A DNA stretch of 64,000 bases, from positions 248,001-312,000 of the forward strand of contig JBODTK010000119.1 in assembly GCA_050613775.1 (NCBI GenBank), written 5' to 3'. The notes below the pieces were generated by a model. The model was not told the DNA's origin. It made no database searches and was given only the letters and a program-made list of their open reading frames with translations. This DNA comes from Neocallimastix sp. 'constans' (Eukaryota). A program made the translations under genes and the position numbers. How positions within the stretch are numbered: the first letter of the stretch is position 1; every line of letters starts with the position of its first letter. Below, in pieces: positions 59,982-64,000 of the stretch.

Positions 59982-60989
59982 AATAAATCAATATAAAATT
60001 ATTGAAAATGAATAAAAAATAAAAAATAATATAATTTCGTTTAAATTATTAATATTAAATTATTCCATATTGTGTATATTATATATATTTTATATATTAT
60101 AAATATTTATATATTATTTGCATGGGTACTACTATATTAATATATTATTTGTATTTAATACTTTTATATTTATAAATTATTAGTATTTGATCTATTTGAA
60201 TAATTTCTTTTATTTAAACCTATTAATTTATAACTATAATCCTTATTTAAAACGTATTTATTTATATTACTAAATTATATATAATTAAAATTTAATAATT
60301 AATTCTTTAATAATCATTAATACTCATTAATTTAAATAATAATTTAATTAATTTACATTACTTTTTCTAATAATTTATATTTGCATATAATATTAATACT
60401 TAATCATTATTTATTAAAGCATTTAAATATTATATTTTCTAAAATTCTTGAAAATAATTTAATATTTATTGTAAAATAAATGTATAATGTATATTCCAAA
60501 TATTTATATTTATTCTTATTTTGTATTTATGTAATTGTACATTTTCAAACTTTAGTTAATTAAATTAAATTATGCAAATAACAATAAAATTATTTTATAT
60601 TATTTAATTTGTATAAATATATATTTTAAAAGTAGATATAAACTAAATTTGTAAATACATTTGTATATGAAATATTTAATAATAATATTAAATTATATAT
60701 AATATATAATATATAAAATATGAATATAAAATTATCACTTCAAAAAATGATAAAGTTTATATTAGTCATAATAATTTATATAAGCATTTAATATTTTATA
60801 TAGCATAGTTAGAGAAATTACCTAAAAATAAAATTATCAATAATTATATATCATAAAAATCATTACATTTTCTATTTATATTTTATTTTCTTGGTACATG
60901 TTATATATAATTACTTTTGTAAATTAATTTAGTTTTTAAAAGAATGCACTTTTAAAAAAAAAATTAATATTTCAAATTAATTTTATTTT

Positions 60990-63253
60990 TTAGAATTTAT
61001 TTAATTTTTTTTTGCAAGCATTAGTAAAAGCGTATTCCAGAAAAGTATCGTCGATTTCTGGAGTATTTGTTGCAAATGGATAATAAAATATTTCATTACC
61101 TGTATAATCGCGAATTACACCTTCGGTATCAGATACTAGATCTTCCATAGATTTAACTAATTCTCTTTGTAAATAACCAGTCGAGGATGTACTTAGAGAG
61201 GTTGAAATAATACCATGTCTACTAGATTTAGAATAGATAAACAATTCCTTTGACGAAAGACCGTTATAATAAGAATTCTCATATAATATAACAGTTAGGT
61301 AAGAGACTTGCAACTCCAACAGACATTAGAATTTGAATTATATTGTCAGTATTTCCTTTGGATCCACTGTTAACGATATTAGTTAAATTTTTATCTAAAT
61401 TTTTGATTAGATTTTTGTAGCGAACAAAAGATTTTACATTCATACGTTTTTTGATGTGATTACTTTGAAGATTATTTACAATGATCGAATCGATATCGGC
61501 ATTGCGAATTGTATAGGCTTCATTTTTTAAATCTTTAATAAAAACCCCAACGGAATCCTTTATATTTTTTGAAGGAATACAATCGGCTATAGAAAACGAA
61601 ATTAAATGAAGTAGGTTATATTCGTGTACCATTCTTTGAACATCCCACATAAATTTTTCAAATAAAAGTTATTTCCATAATTGTATATACCGTTAAGCAA
61701 TGCACTTTGATTATCGCCATTAATAACGCCTAGTAGAATTCCTTCGCGAACTAATACTTTATTTTCATAAGATATAGCTAGATTTCTTGGAAGTAACAGA
61801 GATATCAAATGGGCATATGGAATTTCTACTTGCTGTTCATGAGTTACCAAGGAATGTTCACATTTAAAGAGTCTTCTCCCTCTTTCAAATCAATGTCTTC
61901 CTCTTTTTGTGATATGAAAAGCTTTATTTTAGACTTACAGTATTTGCTAAAATCATTTAATTTGCGTTTTGATATTTTCAGCTTTTTACAAACTTTTTTG
62001 ATCATGTCGGAATCAGCAATATCATTATCTCTTGTCATATTATAGATTCTCGTTAAGGTATCCTGAATAAACTCGATCATAATTGCACCGTTTTTAAACG
62101 AACGAATATTATTGGCAATGTTCAATTTTTCTTTTAATTCTTTTTTAGCTTCATCGCCGGGAAGCCAGAAAATGTTCATTTCATCCCCATCAAAATCGGC
62201 TTGGAAAACGCTAGCAATGAGTGGATTGATTTGAATGGTACGACAATTACATGGACAAGAACGAACTGCCAGTAACGAGGTAGCTTGCAATGTCGGTTGT
62301 CGATTAATAATAACAAAATCATAAGGTTTATATCCAAATGGAATCAGTTGGTCAGTGAATTCCTTAGGAATTAAAACCGTATCCAGTGGAGTATCAATAT
62401 TTGGTACGATGACACTCCGAAGACAAAAGTTTTGTCGTTTTGCCAAACACATACCTCTAAAGATTCCTGTTTTTCCTGATAACATTTGTTTAATATAGAT
62501 TTTTTCTGAATCTTCTGCCGTATCGGTTTATACCATGAATTCCTAGAATTTTTCGAAATAAATTAAATGCTCTTAAGACATAGGTCGATTGCATAATGTA
62601 AAAATTTTCATTTCGATACTGATAATTCAAATCTAACAATCTAATGTAGAGAGTGGTAAGATTATTATGAATAGTAATATTACTAGAATCTTTTATAGAT
62701 GATCGTAAATTAATTGGTAATACTTGGATATTCTTTATAAATGCCTTTTTCATTTTCTTTTGCATCGATGTATCATCCGTAAAATCTGATAAACAAATCA
62801 ACTCGTACAATTCATCAATAGTTAATTTTTGATTCCCAAAAGAAAATCCATATTCTGAATACGTTTTCTTATCATTCTTTTTCTAACTTCTTATTTTAAT
62901 TTCCGAACTATTTGCTACGCTTTTCTTCTGAATGAAAACGAAGTATGAATTATTCGCTTTTTACAACAAACGGACTTTGTATTATTTAATTTTTTATATT
63001 TGTTACATACAGGGCAAATATGCGTAATTTCTTTGCATAGGGTACTTGCAAATAATGGATGTACAATTCTATATTAAATTGTTATTCTTCCTAAATGTCC
63101 TGGACATTCCATAATTTTCTTACATTGTTTACAAGGTAATTATGGTTCCAATGTATATGCAGTAGTATTATTCACTAATTCATGAATTTCGGATATTAAG
63201 ACAGAATTATTTTCCAAATCTTTATTGTCATATAATTCAAACTTAAGATGCAT
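60990..63253 (-). pseudogene. Divergent, intronless DNA-directed RNA polymerase largest subunit (Rpb1/beta'-like, N-terminal part only), probably of viral origin
   Basis: From ATG 63253: CKQC..ECPGHLGRI, CPVC; LSGKTGIFRGMCLAKR..RSVI; NRQPTL; FQADFDGDEMN; SGSKG; SRHGIISTSLSTSSTGYLQRELVKSMEDL; several stops and frameshifts. Confidence 0.88.
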
Positions 63254-63409
63254 TTTTTTTTATCTAATAAATCAATAATTTTTAATTTACTTTGCTTAAG
63301 ACAAAATATTAAAAGAAAATCATTTTATCATTTTACTTTTATTATTTCAAAAGGTATTATTTACAAATCTTGATCTATTTAAAGTTTTAAAATAATATAG
63401 AAGCACTCT

Positions 63410-63761
63410 TCTGGTATCTTAGATTCTCCGATTATATTGGCTTATTGTGATTACTCTATCTATTCTCTGTGGGATATTCCTTACACTCATAATGGACATT
63501 TCCACTTGAAATTCGATAACATGCACTTTATCATGCTTTCTGATGATGAATCGCTAGTTTTGGGTGAATGTGGTGATAATAGTACTATTACTATTCTATC
63601 GTGATGGTAATTTCATTAAATTACCAATTTATACGGACAAGTGTGTTGGTTTGGTAGATACTTACACTTTAGGTTTAACTGAATGTAATGAATTTGACAT
63701 TAATCAAATCTTCTACTTCAATCTCTGGATTGATGAACCTCTTGAACCTATTGATAACTAA
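63410..63761 (+). pseudogene. Ricin-B/CBM13-like beta-trefoil fragment with a frameshift
   Basis: Two joined frames give ILAYCDYSIYSLWDIP..LVLGECGDN..DGNFIK..DKCVG..LGLTECNEFDINQIF, resembling ricin-type subdomain repeats; judged by eye. Confidence 0.45.
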
Positions 63762-64000
63762 AGCAAATCTAGTCAATAAATAAATTAAACTAACAATATA
63801 ATAAATAAAACAAAAAAAAATAGTAAAATAAAATAAAAATTATTATAAATAAACAAAAAAAATAGATAATAAAGAATTATAGTAAAATAAAAGGTAAAAT
63901 AAAAGTTTAGAATAAAGAAATATAATATTATCTAAGTATTAAATATAAAATATATTAAATATTATTATATTTTTTTAAAAGTTTATTCAACTACCTAATC

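Overview
Extremely AT-rich eukaryotic DNA. An anaerobic gut fungus (Neocallimastigomycota) is my inference from base composition and gene content. Positions 1-51.5 kb are a transposon nest that resolves base by base from target-site duplications (TSDs). A Mutator-like (MULE) transposase gene (7323-7478 + 46776-48032) is split by a chromodomain Ty3/gypsy element, here called B (7479-46770, TSD GTAAG). Each LTR of B carries a tRNA-type Pol III promoter (A-box and B-box 44 bp apart) that is not a tRNA. Six further LTR-retrotransposon insertions sit at two fixed distances upstream of it. Four are at the predicted Pol III start site, 19-25 bp upstream of the A-box: a solo LTR of family C, a solo LTR of sister family C', a full C and a full E. 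Two independent copies of family A are 68-74 bp upstream. This looks like a retrotransposon that spreads Pol III 'landing pads' exploited by other retrotransposons. The elements also share covarying structured-RNA motifs across distant families, and show self-priming and -1 frameshift signals. The right end holds a host signal-peptide/TM/SH3 gene, decayed ORFs, and an intronless, pseudogenised, virus-like RNA polymerase largest-subunit gene. All comparisons were made by eye.
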